From the NCBI GenBank assembly GCA_951406725.2, contig OX597830.1, forward strand, positions 36,394,001-36,458,000: 64,000 nt of DNA, written 5' to 3'. The notes under the pieces were generated by a model. It searched no databases. It was not told the DNA's origin and saw nothing but the letters and a program-made list of their open reading frames with translations. Positions 13,330 to 29,879 of the stretch are shown in pieces. Made by a program: the position numbers and the translations under genes. Position 1 is the first letter of the stretch, and every line of letters starts with the position of its first letter. The stretch comes from Octopus vulgaris. Lineage: Eukaryota.

Positions 13330-13704
13330 TAGTTTAATCCACGGTATCAGAGAATCAATAACTCAAACTATATACATAATCTACTAAATGCTTGGTGTTG
13401 CGTTGTACACTAAAAAAGTATAATCTACACGATAGAACTGTTATATCAGTAAGACATATATAAAAGAGGGAACTCGGAGATAATTTCGATTTGTACATGT
13501 TTAAAAGCTGAAATTATCACTGAATTTCCATTCTTTAGCAAAAAAACATCCAACGCTTCATTTTTTATGTGTGTATATATACAAATCGTCAATATTCTCT
13601 ATTATATCTCTTACTGAATCTTCCCATCTTACAACTTCCAAATGTAGACCGATTGCGAGACAATATTGCTTATAATCGGATTCCGAAACGAAAGACCATG
13701 CATA
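13330..13704. repeat. Left arm of a ~375-bp diverged inverted repeat (partner 15725-16095)
   Basis: For example TTGCTTATAATCGGATTCCGAAACGAAAGAC here versus GTCTTTCGTTTCGGAATCCGATTATAAGCAA at ~15733. Confidence 0.85.
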
Positions 13705-14097
13705 AGATACCTAATCTTAAGTAAATTAGCAGTTAATATTATATAAGTGTTGCTAATGCTAGAGTATTGATCGATATTCTCCATCGATAATTAGACAGTT
13801 ACCATCTAATGCATATATTATTGCTATAATTACAGCAATAAGGCAAACTACAATTACCTTTATAAGAATAATTGCTCATTTGATTTTATTGTCTAATTAG
13901 CGATATAGTGTCTGTGTATGTGAGTATGCGTCATTGTGTGTATGAGTGTATGTGCGCGTGTGCATGCGTGTATTTGGTTTAACACCCTACCACTAAAAGA
14001 CCTTATGTAGGTTTAACGGCAAACATATCGAGCTCAGATATATGCATAGTCATTCGTTTCAGTAGTTGACTAGAAAGAATATGACTTCGCTGCTGAC

Positions 14098-14154
<57 letters not shown>

Positions 14155-14572
14155 GGGCTGTGTAGTAAGTAGCTTGCTTACCAACTACATGGTTCCGGGT
14201 TCAGTCCAACTGCGTGGTACCTTGGGCAAGTGTCTTCTACTATAGTCTTGGGCCGACCAAAGCCTTGTGAGTGGATTTGGTAGATGGAAACTGAAAGAAG
14301 CCCATCGTATATATGTATATATATATATATATGTGTGTATGTGTGTGTGTATGTGTGTGTGTTTGTGTGTCTGTGTTTGTCCCCCCAACATCGCTTGACA
14401 ACCGATGCTGGTGCGTTTACGTCCCCGTAACTTAGCGGTTCGGCCAAAGAAACCGATAGAATAAGTACTAGGCTTACAAAGAATAAGTCCTAAGGTCGAT
14501 TTACTCGACTAAAGGTGGTGCTCCAGCATGGCTGCAGTCAAATGACTGAAACGGGTAAAAGAGAGTAAAAGA

Positions 14573-14575
<3 letters not shown>
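14155..14575 (+). mobile_element. SINE family A
   Basis: Matches 2716-3140. Confidence 0.9.
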
Positions 14576-14624
<49 letters not shown>

Positions 14625-14822
14625 GAATGTTAGAAGGTTCAAATATTCATTTATTCACCAGCAATAATTCACCATTAACAACGGCTGATTATCTTGCTTA
14701 CTGTATTGTTTTAATTTTTTCCGAGGTAATTCAACGACAAAAACACTCGTTCTTTCTCCTTCCCTCCCTCATTCACTCCCTCCCTTCTCTTTCTCTTTCT
14801 CTCTCTCCCACTCCCTCTCTTG

Positions 14823-14866
<44 letters not shown>

Positions 14867-15249
14867 TTTCTCTTAACTCTCCCTCTGAAAAAAGCTTTCT
14901 GATAAAAAGCACAAACGAAATTAACAAAACGGTTTTTGCATAGAAAAAGCAGTTTGCCATTTTCATGTGTTTTTGTTTCTGCTTTTGGGTGGGGTTTTGG
15001 GGTTTTTTTTCATTTAGTCGTGCTTTTTAGTTCCAAGATCTGTATCAATATTTTTTGTGATTCAAAAGAGTGACCAGTGCTATACTTCGTTTTCTCAGAA
15101 CATGTCCAATTAATGATTAATCTTCTTGAACGTAATATAATATAAAGTGAAAAATAATTTTCGCGCTCTTGCAACTAACTGTTCATTATTGTACCTTTTT
15201 GCATCATTATTGTTATGGATGTAATGTGCATATTTCTATAATATTAAGA

Positions 15250-15623
15250 GTGGAGGCGCAATGGCCCAGTGGTTAGGGCAGCGGACTCGCGGTCGTAGGA
15301 TCGCGGTTTCAATTCCTAGACCGGGCGTTGTGAGTGTTTATTGAGCGAAAACACCTAAAAACTCCACGAGGCTCTGGCAGGGGATGGTGGTGATCCCTGC
15401 TGTACTCTTTCACCACAACTTTCTCTCACTCTTACTTCCTGTTTCTGTTGTACCTGTATTTCAAAGGGCCGGCCTTGTCACTCTCTGAATATCCCCGAGA
15501 ACTACGTTAAGGGTACACGTGTCTGTGGAGTGCTCAGCCACTTACACGTTAATTTCACGAGCAGGCTGTTCCGTTGATCGGATCAACCGGAACCCTCGTC
15601 GTCGTAACCGACGGAGTGCTTCC
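15250..15623 (+). mobile_element. tRNA-derived SINE family D with a 12-bp TSD
   Basis: A-box TGGCCCAGTGG, B-box GGTTTCAATTCC; ATAATATTAAGA at 15238-15249 and 15624-15635. Confidence 0.85.
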
Positions 15624-15724
15624 ATAATATTAAGATAGATACACTACCTGAAGAAAGTAAAGCGGCAACGTTCCTGTTGTAAAATCAACCAGTATTAATG
15701 TTTGTTGATTAATCTGTTTTACTG

Positions 15725-16095
15725 TATGCATAGTCTTTCGTTTCGGAATCCGATTATAAGCAATATCATCTCGCAATCGGCCTACATTTGGAAGTTAGTT
15801 GAAAGAGGGAAAGACTCAGTAAGTGATATAATAGATAATATTGACAATTTATAAAAAAAAAAAAATTGAAGCGTTGGATGTTCTCTTTGCTAAAGAATGG
15901 AAATTCGATGATAGTTTCAGCTTTTAAACACGTACAAACCGAAACTATATCCGAGAACCCTCTTTTATGTATGTCTTACACACAGCTCTATCGAGAAAAT
16001 GATTTTTTTTTTTTGTGTACATCGCAACATCAAGTATTTAATGGACTTTGTATATAGTTTGAGCTATTGAGCACCTGATAACATAGATTGAATTA
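15725..16095. repeat. Right arm of the inverted repeat with 13330-13704
   Basis: Reverse-complement similarity along its length. Confidence 0.85.
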
Positions 16096-16289
16096 GTGTT
16101 TGACGATCGTCTTGCAATTTTAATGGATAATTCTTGGGCAATTCAAAGACGACAGACAACTTTTGAAAACGCATTTACCGAAATCTGATTTTTTAAAAAA
16201 ATCAATGACTTAAAAACTACACTAGTATTACTTGGCCACCTAAACGTCAACACAATCATATTTAAAAAAATAAAAACTGGAACAATGGA

Positions 16290-16510
16290 ACATAGGACCT
16301 GTTTCCATGGTTCTGTGGTGTGCCTGTATTCCCCCATTTGAACGTGACACTGGTCTATCGCAGGATTATCCATTTTTCTCAGCTGAGCTGGAGTTATGTG
16401 AAATGAGATGCTTTGCTCATGAACCTAACGCATCATCCGGGCCAGAAACCGAAACCACAGTCTTACGAATATGAGTGTAGAACACTTAACCACTAAACAA
16501 CGAACCTCTT
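16290..16510 (-). mobile_element. SINE family B, diverged
   Basis: CAGCTGAG..GTGAAATGAGATGCTTTGCTCA..GAAACCACAGTCTTACGA. Confidence 0.7.
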
Positions 16511-16738
16511 CTAAACGATCATATATATTTATCGGATGCTGCTGTGCATATATATATCTTATCTTGTATTAGTAATTTGTGGTAAATCATTTTACCTTTG
16601 CCCATATAATACAGTAAATGAATTAATTGCATCGCAATCATTAACATTTATGTATTAACTTTGTTGGGTACTTCACTAGCAGTATATTGGATATATGTTA
16701 TCCCATGGAGGGTTGCATTTACAACCCCTGTCTCAATT

Positions 16739-16794
<56 letters not shown>

Positions 16795-17425
16795 TATATG
16801 GGCACAGGCTGTCACCAACACTAAACAACGTGAAATACGAAAACAAATGAGTTCAATATGCAAACGAGAGAAACAAATCGAAAACAGGACAAGTAACATA
16901 AAGAACGGCCCTTCACCAGTTGTCGGCTGTCTCTCTACTCCTCATTTCGAGCATTGAACGACAATATGAGTCTTCGAAGACAGTTGCTCCCATAAGTACC
17001 AAAATAAATTTTGGGATTTATGGAGGGTCAGAGTTGGGAACAAAAAACAGGATAGTGGAGACATACAAGGAATCCGAACGAAAACAAACATGGAAAGTCG
17101 TTAGACCAGAACAAGGGTAAAATGGCGAACGTTGGAGAAGTATTTTCTTTGAAAAGAGGAAAGATAGAAGAGAGAGATATGATATGTCCAGTTTTTAGGA
17201 TAGCCCTGAAAAAAAGAAAGATGATCATGTGAGGAAAAGAAAGATGGACGGGAGTCACGTTTGAGCAACGAATGAGAGTAAAGGAGAAAGAGGAGGGAGA
17301 GAGACAGATAGAAAACGGTAAAGGGGAGAAAATAGAATTAGAGAAAGGAAACGATAGGGGGAGAAAACAGTATAGAGTCGCATCAAAATGATTACGGTAA
17401 ACTTACTTGGAAATGGATGTGTGAC
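16795..17425. mobile_element. (TA)n-flanked purine-skewed interspersed repeat (rearranged partial copy at 52183-52360)
   Basis: 16800-16940 is the reverse complement of ~52212-52355; TTGGAAATGGATGTGT is shared in the same orientation at ~17408 and ~52193. Confidence 0.7.
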
Positions 17426-17441
17426 GTTCAATCACATAATT

Positions 17442-17518
<77 letters not shown>

Positions 17519-17523
17519 TATGA

Positions 17524-17813
<290 letters not shown>

Positions 17814-18019
17814 TATATATATATAAATGTATGTATGTATTTATATAGCTACATGAATAAATCTTTTATTTTTTACTTGTTGCAATCATTAGACTGCGGC
17901 CATGCTGGGACACCGCATTGAAGAATGTTTGGTAGAAAGTATTGCCCCGAGTATTTACTTTTGAGAGAGAGAGAGGGGGAGAGAGAGAAAGTACTGTGTA
18001 CGACTCAGTTATTGATCCT

Positions 18020-18141
18020 AGGGATGTTGATGATGATGATGAGAAGGAGGAGGAGGACGAGGAGGAAGAGGACAAGGATGAAGACGACGACAATGATGAT
18101 GACGAGGACAACAAAGAGGATGGGGAAGAGGGTGATAGTGT

Positions 18142-18174
<33 letters not shown>

Positions 18175-18505
18175 TGAAGATGATGATGATGATGATGATG
18201 ATGATAGTGATGACGAAGGCAATGATATCATTGATATGTTATACTTTCATATTCATTTCTTCTCGTCTGAACTTAAATTATTCTTTTTCTCTTTTTCCTT
18301 GTAATTCTATTTACAAAATTCCATATTGAAAACTGGCAATGATGATGATGATGATGAAGATGCTGATGATGATGATGAAGATGATGATGAAAATGATGAT
18401 GGTGGTGGTGATGGTGGATGTGGTGGTGGTGACAATGATGATTATGAGTGAAGAGGAAAATATTACGATTAATAATAATAGTAATAATAATAATAATAAT
18501 AATTT
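18020..18505. repeat. Compound trinucleotide tract (GAT/GAC/GAG/GGT/AAT)
   Basis: Direct reading; source of the spurious poly-D, poly-S and poly-M ORFs. Confidence 0.95.
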
Positions 18506-19148
18506 TTTTCTTAATTTATTCATTATTCATTTGTCTGTATTGTTTTTTTCTTCCTTTCGTTTATATGGTATTATTTTTAATCTCAGTGGTGTGAAAGAAA
18601 GAAAGAAAGAAAGAGAGAGAGAAAAAAAGAAAGCATGAATGAATGGAAGAAAATAATAAAAGAAAGAAAAGTGGAGTGCGCATGCGGTACAAGAACAAGA
18701 TCAAAAGCATAAATACAATTATGGTTTTCGGTTGATGTTAAAAACAGAATTAATAATTGTCACCAAAATGTATACTTGACAATATTAGAATGAGCGAGAA
18801 AGTGGGGTGGCGGACAGAAAAAAAGAGGAGAACCAAGAACATAAGAAAAGAAGTGGGGGTGGGGGAGGAAGGAGAGAAAGAGGTGAACAGAGAAGGAAGG
18901 TAAGAACGATGATAAATCGGGACCAAACGATTTAATGCAACGTTAGTGAAAATTATTCCAATTTTGCTTCCGCCATTTTCTTCCAAACGCGCGTAACATT
19001 CACTCTCACTTACACATGTACACGCCATACACTCACACACGCGCCCACACTCACAAACATAAATGTATATATATATAAACATATGTGTGTGTCTGTGTGT
19101 ATGTATATATGCATATAAATTTGTATGTGTATATCTATATATATATAC

Positions 19149-19318
19149 AGGCGCAGGAGTGGCTGTGTGGTAAGAAGCTTGCTTCCCGATCACATGCTTC
19201 TAGGTTCAGTCCCACTGCGTGGCACCTTGGGCTAGTGTCTTCTACTATAGCCTCGGGCTGACGAAAGCCTTGTGAATGGATTTGGTAGACGGAAACTGAA
19301 AGAAGCCCGTCGTATATA

Positions 19319-19378
<60 letters not shown>

Positions 19379-19602
19379 GTGTGTGTATGTGTGTGTGTCT
19401 GTGCTTGTGTTTGTCCCCCACCATCTCTTGACAATCGATGTTGACGTGTTCACGTCCCCGTAACGTAGCGGTTCGGCAAAAAGACACCGCTAGAATAAGT
19501 ATTAGACTTACAAAGAATAAGTCCTGGGGTCAATTAGTTCGACTGAAGGCGGTGCTCCAGCATGACTGCAGTCAAATGGCTGAAACAAGTAAAAGAAAAG
19601 AA
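19149..19602 (+). mobile_element. SINE family A
   Basis: Matches 2716-3140. Confidence 0.9.
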
Positions 19603-19956
19603 CATATATTTATATATGCATATATACACACATACATGCATACATAAATGCATACATACATACATACATACATACATAAATACATACATACATACATACA
19701 TACATACATACATACATACATACATACATACATACATACATACATACATACATTTATATGTGCATATGTATGCGTGTGAGTAAATACGTATGTATAAGTC
19801 AAAAACAAACCCTAGGAAGACTGGTTGTTACATATACCAACAAAAGTTACATTTTTTGCTATAAAGCTAAAATTAAATGTTTTAACCGTTTTGAGAGTGA
19901 GTTTCATAATTTTCCAACAATGTCATTCTTCAGAAAGTTTTGAAAATAATATTTCT

Positions 19957-19990
19957 CTCTCCTGAAGAAGGCTTTGTCCGAAACATAGGA
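19957..19990 (+). ncRNA. Weak decayed minimal hammerhead
   Basis: CUGAAGA-A-GGC UUUG UCC-GAAAC-AUA (GAAACGUA after CpG>CpA); stem I is poor. Confidence 0.35.
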
Positions 19991-20129
19991 CACTCTCGAC
20001 GACATATCAATTTTACTTTATATATCATATATATTGTTGACGTCACAATAATTTATAAACTTTCGACGGAGCATGAAATAATGGAAGTAGAAATGATTCT
20101 GTTTTGGAACAGTGGATCTCGTAGCACAT

Positions 20130-20393
20130 TGGGTAAAGAACCCTTTCGGTTATGAATGACCGTGGGATTGGACCTCTCTTCTCCACACCACCAATGTTAT
20201 CCAAGAGAAAGGCAATGGTCGATACAGCTTGGCACCAGTGACGTCACAACTCATTGCTACAGCTGAGTGAACTGGAGCAGCGTGAAATAAAGTGTCTTGC
20301 TCAAGAACACAATACGCATCCCGACCCGGGAATCGAACTCACTACTCGTGATTGTGAACCCGACGCTCTAACCACTGATCAATGTGCCTTCAC
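20130..20393 (-). mobile_element. SINE family B variant
   Basis: Reverse complement of the 59666-59995 type. Confidence 0.8.
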
Positions 20394-20974
20394 GAAGCAC
20401 ATAAAACAATCAATAATAAATAGCCTTCCAGTCTTTCTGTCCAAAAGGGGTTTTTTTCACCCCACACCCATATTTACATGCGGACGTAATCCATTCCGGA
20501 GCCCCTCTCGTTAACGAAATTGTTCATCACACAAGTAATTGAAATACATATACATAGAAGTTATGTATTCCAAGTTAGACACAGAGTGAAAATAAAAGCC
20601 TGAAATTTTGTTTTATTTGTCCATCCATCCATAGTAAATGCATAGATATACACGCATGTGTGTGTGTGTTTGTGTGCGTGCGTGCACTTCGTCCTTTGTC
20701 TTGCTTTTATCGATCCATGGTCATGCTTTTAGTTAAAAAAAACTATGGGAAATCTTATTATCTTTAAGGAACCGTTATTACACGCTCTCCCTGCCATTTA
20801 TATGCGTACGGAGCCTACTCGTGGTTTTCTTTCAAATTTCAGCTCGTTGACTGAATATAATTTTCTTCAGAGGAACTGCTGTTCGTTATTCTATTTGTTC
20901 GTTTATAAAACTGTTCGTATATGGATACACCACTGTGTATCCATATACATATTCATAAATGACGCATATATTCA

Positions 20975-21010
<36 letters not shown>

Positions 21011-21131
21011 CTGTTTTTAAATGTCTTGCTTTGAGAGCTGCATTCGGTACAATTCGTTTATTTTTGGTAGCAATGACTTTGAAAGTCCCTCCTAGCGTGT
21101 GGCATTTATGTGTAATAATGCCCTCTATATA

Positions 21132-21215
<84 letters not shown>

Positions 21216-21309
21216 TGTGTGTGTGTGATGTGTGTGTAGGAGTGTGTATGTGTGTGTGTCTGTTATGTGTAAATATATATACATGCAGACAAATATTTAT
21301 ACGTACGTA

Positions 21310-21468
21310 GGCGCATAAGTGGCTGTGTGGTAAGAAGCTTGCTTCCCAACCACATGTTCTGGGTTCAGTCCCACTGCGTGGCACCTTGGGCAAGTGTCTT
21401 CTACTATAGCCTCGGGTCGACCGAAGCTTTGTGAGTGGATTTGGCAGACGGAAACCGGAAGAAACCCG

Positions 21469-21558
<90 letters not shown>

Positions 21559-21744
21559 ATCTCCTCACCATCGCTTGACAACCGATGTTGGTGTGTTTGC
21601 GTCCCCGTAACTTAGCGGTTCGGCAATATTGACCGATAGAATAAGTACTAGGCTAACAATGAATGAGTACTGGAGTCGATTTTTTTCGATTAAAGGCGGT
21701 GCTCCAGCATGGTCGCAGTTAAACGGCTGAGACAAAAGAAAGAA
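21310..21744 (+). mobile_element. SINE family A with expanded internal (TG)n
   Basis: Matches 2716-3140. Confidence 0.9.
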
Positions 21745-22021
21745 TACATACGTATATATATGCACGCGTGTGTGTGCGTGCGTGTGTGAGTGTGCTCGCG
21801 CTCGCATTTATGTGTGTATGTATATTTACTGTATTAGTTTGTTTTAGTGTGGGTCTAGTTAGTTAATTCTTTTATTTTTTTATAACATATACTTCTGTCA
21901 CAAATGGGAGATTGATATTAGCGCGGAGGGTATTTGAACACCTACATTGCTAGTCGTATCTAGTAACAATTATGGTTTTCCTTTTTGTTAACACATTGCA
22001 CACGGCTGTCTATATTAATTT

Positions 22022-24215
<2,194 letters not shown>

Positions 24216-24601
24216 ATGAAGATCCGATCCTACGCTAATCTATTTGATATGCATGCAGAAGGTTGGATTAGTGGGATAACTGTGTTGCAGAACAATGAGC
24301 AGAGGTAGAGTAGAAGAAAATATATAGGCAAATTTCATTGGTCGATCTTGCCAATTTAATACCCAGAAGCCTTCACACATTTGCAAAGGCATCTGAACAC
24401 AATTAGCAAGTCAGTCCGTTCTAAGACCTTATTATTATCATTCAAGCCTAAAAATATATATATAAAAAAACAGTTTGATATATGTGTGTTTATATGTGTG
24501 TGTGTATGTATTTTGTGTGTGGGAGTATGGCAAGGTGTATACAAATATGCATGTATATAGATAGATAGACAGACAGACAGACACACGAACGCATGCATAC
24601 G

Positions 24602-24659
<58 letters not shown>

Positions 24660-24805
24660 AATGTGTAGATGCGTGTATGTGTCTATATATGTATGCATAT
24701 ATATGCATATATGAGTGAGCGCGTTTATCGCTGTGTGTAAGTGTATGTATACCTAGATGCCTGTATTGGTATATGCCTGCGCTTGTGTGTTATCATTTCT
24801 ACCTT

Positions 24806-24865
<60 letters not shown>

Positions 24866-25199
24866 CCTATCTACCTATCTATCTATCTATCTATCTGCCT
24901 GTCTATCTACCTATCTATCTACCTATCTATCCATCTATCCACCTTTCTATCTATCTATGCTTATTTTCTGTTTTATTTCGTTCTTGCTCTTATGACCAGG
25001 CTTATCTATTCTTACTGTGTTTGTTTCTGTACTTTTCTGTAAGGAGAGCGACAGGCAGGGGCCTGTACTGTAATAATAACGGTGAAAATGATAGTATTCA
25101 TGATAATGCCGGTGTTTGTGGAAGAAGTGGTGAAATGTTCGTGATATATAAGCTACGATAATTGTGGCAGTAGTGATATTAAAGCTGAATGCATGTCAC

Positions 25200-26630
25200 T
25201 GTTTACAATGATTATGATAATAATGGTGATGACGATGGTGATGATGATGATGATGATGATGAGGAGGAGGAGGAGGAGGAGGAGGATGGTGGAGGTAAAG
25301 ACGATAAAGGAGGAGGAAGAGAAAGAGGACTGGGTGGGAATGAGATGATTGCATTGGTGTTGTTGTTGTTGTTGTTGATATAAAGAGTGTTGTTGGTGAT
25401 GGTGGTGATGGTGATGATGGTGGGGATGTCGGTGTTAGTGCGGTGATTGTAGGGACGACGACGATGATGATGATGATGATGATCGTAGTAGTGGTGGTGA
25501 TGATTATGACGATGATGACGACGATGATGATGACGACGATGATGATGACGACGATGATGACGACGATAATGATGACGACGATAATGATGACGATGATGAT
25601 GATGACGACGATGATGATGACGACGACCATGATGATGATCGTGGTGGTGGTGGTGATGATTATGACGATGATGACGACGATGATGATGATGACGACCATG
25701 ATGATGACGACGACCATGATGATGATCTTAGTAGTGGTGGTGATGATTATGACGATGATGACGACGATGATGATGACGACGATGATGATGACGATGATGA
25801 TGATGACGACGATGATGATGATGACGACGACCATGATGATGATCGTGGTGGTGGTGGTGGTGGTGGTTATGGCGGCGGAGGCAGCGGTGCTGGTGGTAGT
25901 TTATCCCCAAAATGGCATTGGTTGAGCAGTTTCGTCTTCTCGAGTCATGTTATTGTTGTCTACTCTGGGTTGCATTGTCTTAAGTGTCTTTCTTGCGGAT
26001 TTTTCTTCTTTTTTTTTTTTGTCTATAATTTATTAAAGAATATCAGATTTTATTTTAGAGGGGGCGGATTTAACTGTTATTTCTAACAGGTCAAGAGGAT
26101 AGTGGCACTCTCAATGATGATGATGATGGTGGTGGTGGTGGTGGTACTGCTGCTGCAATTACTTTGGGGGAGGAGGAGGAGGAGGAGGAGGAGGAGGAGA
26201 AAGAGGAGGGAGAATGGTGGTGGTGACTGGGTTTATGGTAGATTTAGCGGTGGTACTTCAGTGGTAGTTGTAGTAGTGGTATTGATGATGATGATGATGA
26301 TAATGATGACCACCACCATCGTATCAACGACTACGATGATGATGACAATGAAGATGTTGACAACAACAACAACGGCAATGGTGATGATGAGGAGGAGGAG
26401 GAAGGTGGTATTGTTGTTGTTGTTGGTGGTGGTGGTGGTGGTGGGTGGTGGTGGTGTTGGTGGTGGTGATGGTCGTGGTAGTGGTGATGGTCGTGGTCGT
26501 CATGAGGGTCGTGGTCGTCATGGTCGTCGTGGTCATCGTCGTGATTGACATGATCGTCGTCGTCGTGGCGGCGGCGTTGATGATGAGGATGATGATGATT
26601 ATGATGATGATGATGATGACGATGGCAATG
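25200..26630. repeat. Compound (GAT/GAC/GGT/GAG/GTC) tract with higher-order units
   Basis: The block GATC(G/T)T(A/G)GT(A/G)GTGGTGGTGATGATTATGACGATGATGACGAC recurs at ~25481, ~25637 and ~25723. Confidence 0.9.
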
Positions 26631-27075
26631 TTAAGAATCCTTTTCTTTTTTTATTTTTATTTTCTTGTTCGTTTCCTTTTTCTTTTCTTTTTTTTTCACT
26701 TCAACGTATGCACAAGGCTCGGCTATACTTGCAAAAAGTTAAAAGCAATGTTATAAGATGATGCGAAAAAGGATATGCGATAGAAAAAAAAATACATAAA
26801 AAAAAGAATTAAAAATATATATTAAAAAAAAAATTTCAAAAAACAAAACGAATGAAAGGATCCCTAATATCGTATATATGATATTCATCTCTCTAGTATC
26901 CTCACTTCCACTTACTCCTACCATAAGCCGCCATATGAAGTCCAGCAATAACAGCGTTAATACCTGACTGTTACATAATCGTAAATGTTCCTAGTGGCCG
27001 TTTCTTTTTTTTTTTTTTGCATCTTCCTTGTATTTTGTGGGTTTTTAGGATTGATTTCCATCAATAATAATAATA

Positions 27076-27189
<114 letters not shown>

Positions 27190-27683
27190 GGAAAAGAAAA
27201 AGTAGATCGAAATGCATGAGGTTGCAGTGAGGAGAGTCGGTTAATGGAAAAAAGGGTTTGGCCAGTCAATTAGTGTTGTTGCTCTTGTTACTGTTAATGT
27301 AGTGTTGTTGTCTTCTGAATTTTTTTTTTTTTTTTGTTCCTGTTGGAATTTTTTTTGCTTAGATAATATGCACGTATATGAGCAGTTATCCCTGGTACTT
27401 AAAGCCAAAACATGCAATTTAAAAACCAAAATCAAGACCAGATAATTGAAGTAGGGTACACACAAAATGTACCTCCTTTCAAGCTGTTTCTCGTAAAAGT
27501 GGAAGATTTGTAATAAAATCGGATTTGTTGTTTGCATTTATTTTGATATCTTGGGCGTGCATTGCATACCTTGCATTCATGAAAGAAACGCCACTGTGCG
27601 GTTAAGGAGCTCACTCTATGACCACGAGGATTCGGGTTCAATCTCATTGTGCTTTTTCCTTGGAGAAGTGTCTTCTAGTATAT

Positions 27684-27902
27684 ATTTCTTTATTACCCAG
27701 AGGGGGCTAAACACAGAGGACAAAAACAAAGGGATTAAGTCGACTACATCGACACCAGTGTGTAACTGGTACTTATTTAATCGACTCCGAAAGGATGAAA
27801 GGCAAATTCGACCTCAGTGGAATTTGATCTCAGAACGTAACGGTGCGAAATACCACTAATCATTTCGCCCGGAATGCTAACTTTTCTGCCAGCTCGCCGC
27901 CT
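27684..27902 (-). mobile_element. SINE family C (GGCGGCGAGCTGGCAG head) nested in a decayed family A SINE (27590-27975)
   Basis: Reverse complement of 56866-57097; family A sequence on both sides. Confidence 0.8.
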
Positions 27903-28084
27903 AATATACCCCAGGCTGACCAATGCCTTATGAGTGGGTATTGTTGGTGGAAACTGTAAGCAAACCTATCGAGTGTATTTTTTATTATTTTATCCTTATA
28001 ATGATTTCAGTCGTAGGACTGCGGCCGTGCTGGAGCACCACCTTAACTTATTTTCTATAGGTTTTGTTGTCGCTTTATGGCAGG

Positions 28085-28325
28085 AAGCTCGTCTCTGATT
28101 GAGTTTGCCGCGGCTGATCTTCCCTGAGTATATTCTGTAATGCTTGGCTGGTCCGATATCATCGATAGGAGTTTATCTAATGTTTTTTTTTTTAATGTTT
28201 TGACAGAGGTTCCTTTTATATTTCTCATTTCTTTAGGTAAGCACTTGAACAGTTAAGGACATCTAAATATCAAACTGATACGCTAGAGTGTCTTTGTTTG
28301 TGATTTCAAAGGTGGTATATTTGTG
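28085..28325 (-). mobile_element. CR1/L2-group LINE ORF2 C-terminal relic
   Basis: SLIFRCP*LFKCLPKEMRNIKGTSV..FKKKLDKLLSMISDQPS...RSAAANSI. Confidence 0.65.
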
Positions 28326-28329
28326 TATC

Positions 28330-28540
28330 CACCGGGCAACGAGCTCCTCTGAAGGCATCTGCAGGACGATCGGTGCAGACAAAGAGAAAAGGAGTTAAAG
28401 CAGGGACACTACAATCAGTTCTGCAGCCTTTGCATTCATGTATGTTTGTCCGGAAAGGACTATTTGGGAATCTGCAAGCTTGCTGTAGACGCGAGCATCA
28501 CCCTCCGTAAATCTTCGCTCGATCGCGAAGCCAAAACGAC
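28330..28540 (+). mobile_element. RTE LINE 3' end followed by an (ATAG)n tail
   Basis: Frameshifted C-terminal Zn-finger-like CSLCIHVCLS..GLFGNLQACCRREHHPP*, then ATCTTCG..CGCGAAGCCAA. Confidence 0.55.
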
Positions 28541-28553
28541 ATAGATAGATAAG

Positions 28554-28642
<89 letters not shown>

Positions 28643-28788
28643 TGATCATATATGTACGTACATACATACGTACGTACGTACATACATACATACATACATA
28701 CATACATACATACATACATACATACATACATACATACATACAAGCAAAAATAAACTGTTGCTGATGTTGAAATCCCTTGGATCTAGGT

Positions 28789-29160
<372 letters not shown>

Positions 29161-29162
<2 letters not shown>

Positions 29163-29324
29163 GACGGGCTTCATTCAGTTTCCGTCTACCAAATCCACTC
29201 ACAAGGCTTTGGTCGGCCCGAAGCTATAATAGAAGACATTTGCCCAACGTGCCACGCAGTGGGACTGAGATCGGAACCATGTGGTTGAGAAGCAAGCTTC
29301 TTACCACACAGCCGTGCCTGCACC
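29161..29324 (-). mobile_element. SINE family A, 5' half
   Basis: Reverse complement of the head/core. Confidence 0.85.
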
Positions 29325-29879
29325 TTTCCAATTCACTATTTTGCTGCGTGGACCCCACCACACTCCACTCGCTTGAGAACCACTGGACTAAACCTTTCCG
29401 CAATCAAATAAATTATAAAAGAAAGAAGATAAAATTCTTCGAAGAACATGCCGTACTCATGAAATTGCGTAACCATCATCTCTATACATTCCGGAGCTAT
29501 GTAGGTTAGTGCGCTTTCGGGATTGTGTCAAGAATTAACAACTTCGCAAGATACAACACCTCAGTCCCATCACAACTATCTCTTAAATTATTTGACGAAG
29601 AGCCATCTGTTTTCTGTCTTAGTAAGAATCGTAATAACTTTCTGATATTTATTATAATCCTGATGCCTGTCCAACAACTTGAAACAAGTACAGAGAAAAC
29701 TAAAAGTACAATACTAACAAGCGTGGATATAAACATACATGCACCGAACATATGTACATATACACAAATACATTCACACAAACAGATACACAAATACATT
29801 CACACAAACACGTACACTCAATAAAATGATTAGCATTTAAATAAACGATAGAAAATCTTGATCGAAGAAATAAGGAGCA

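Noticed and set aside
15250-15325. tRNA genes (here and at 3757, 36315, 59666)
   Set aside because: The A/B boxes run into SINE bodies, and no proper acceptor stem or terminator is evident.
17942-18304. Acidic D/E-rich 120-aa ORF
   Set aside because: It is a (GAT/GAC/GAG)n tract preceded by a SINE tail, open in several frames, with no domain.
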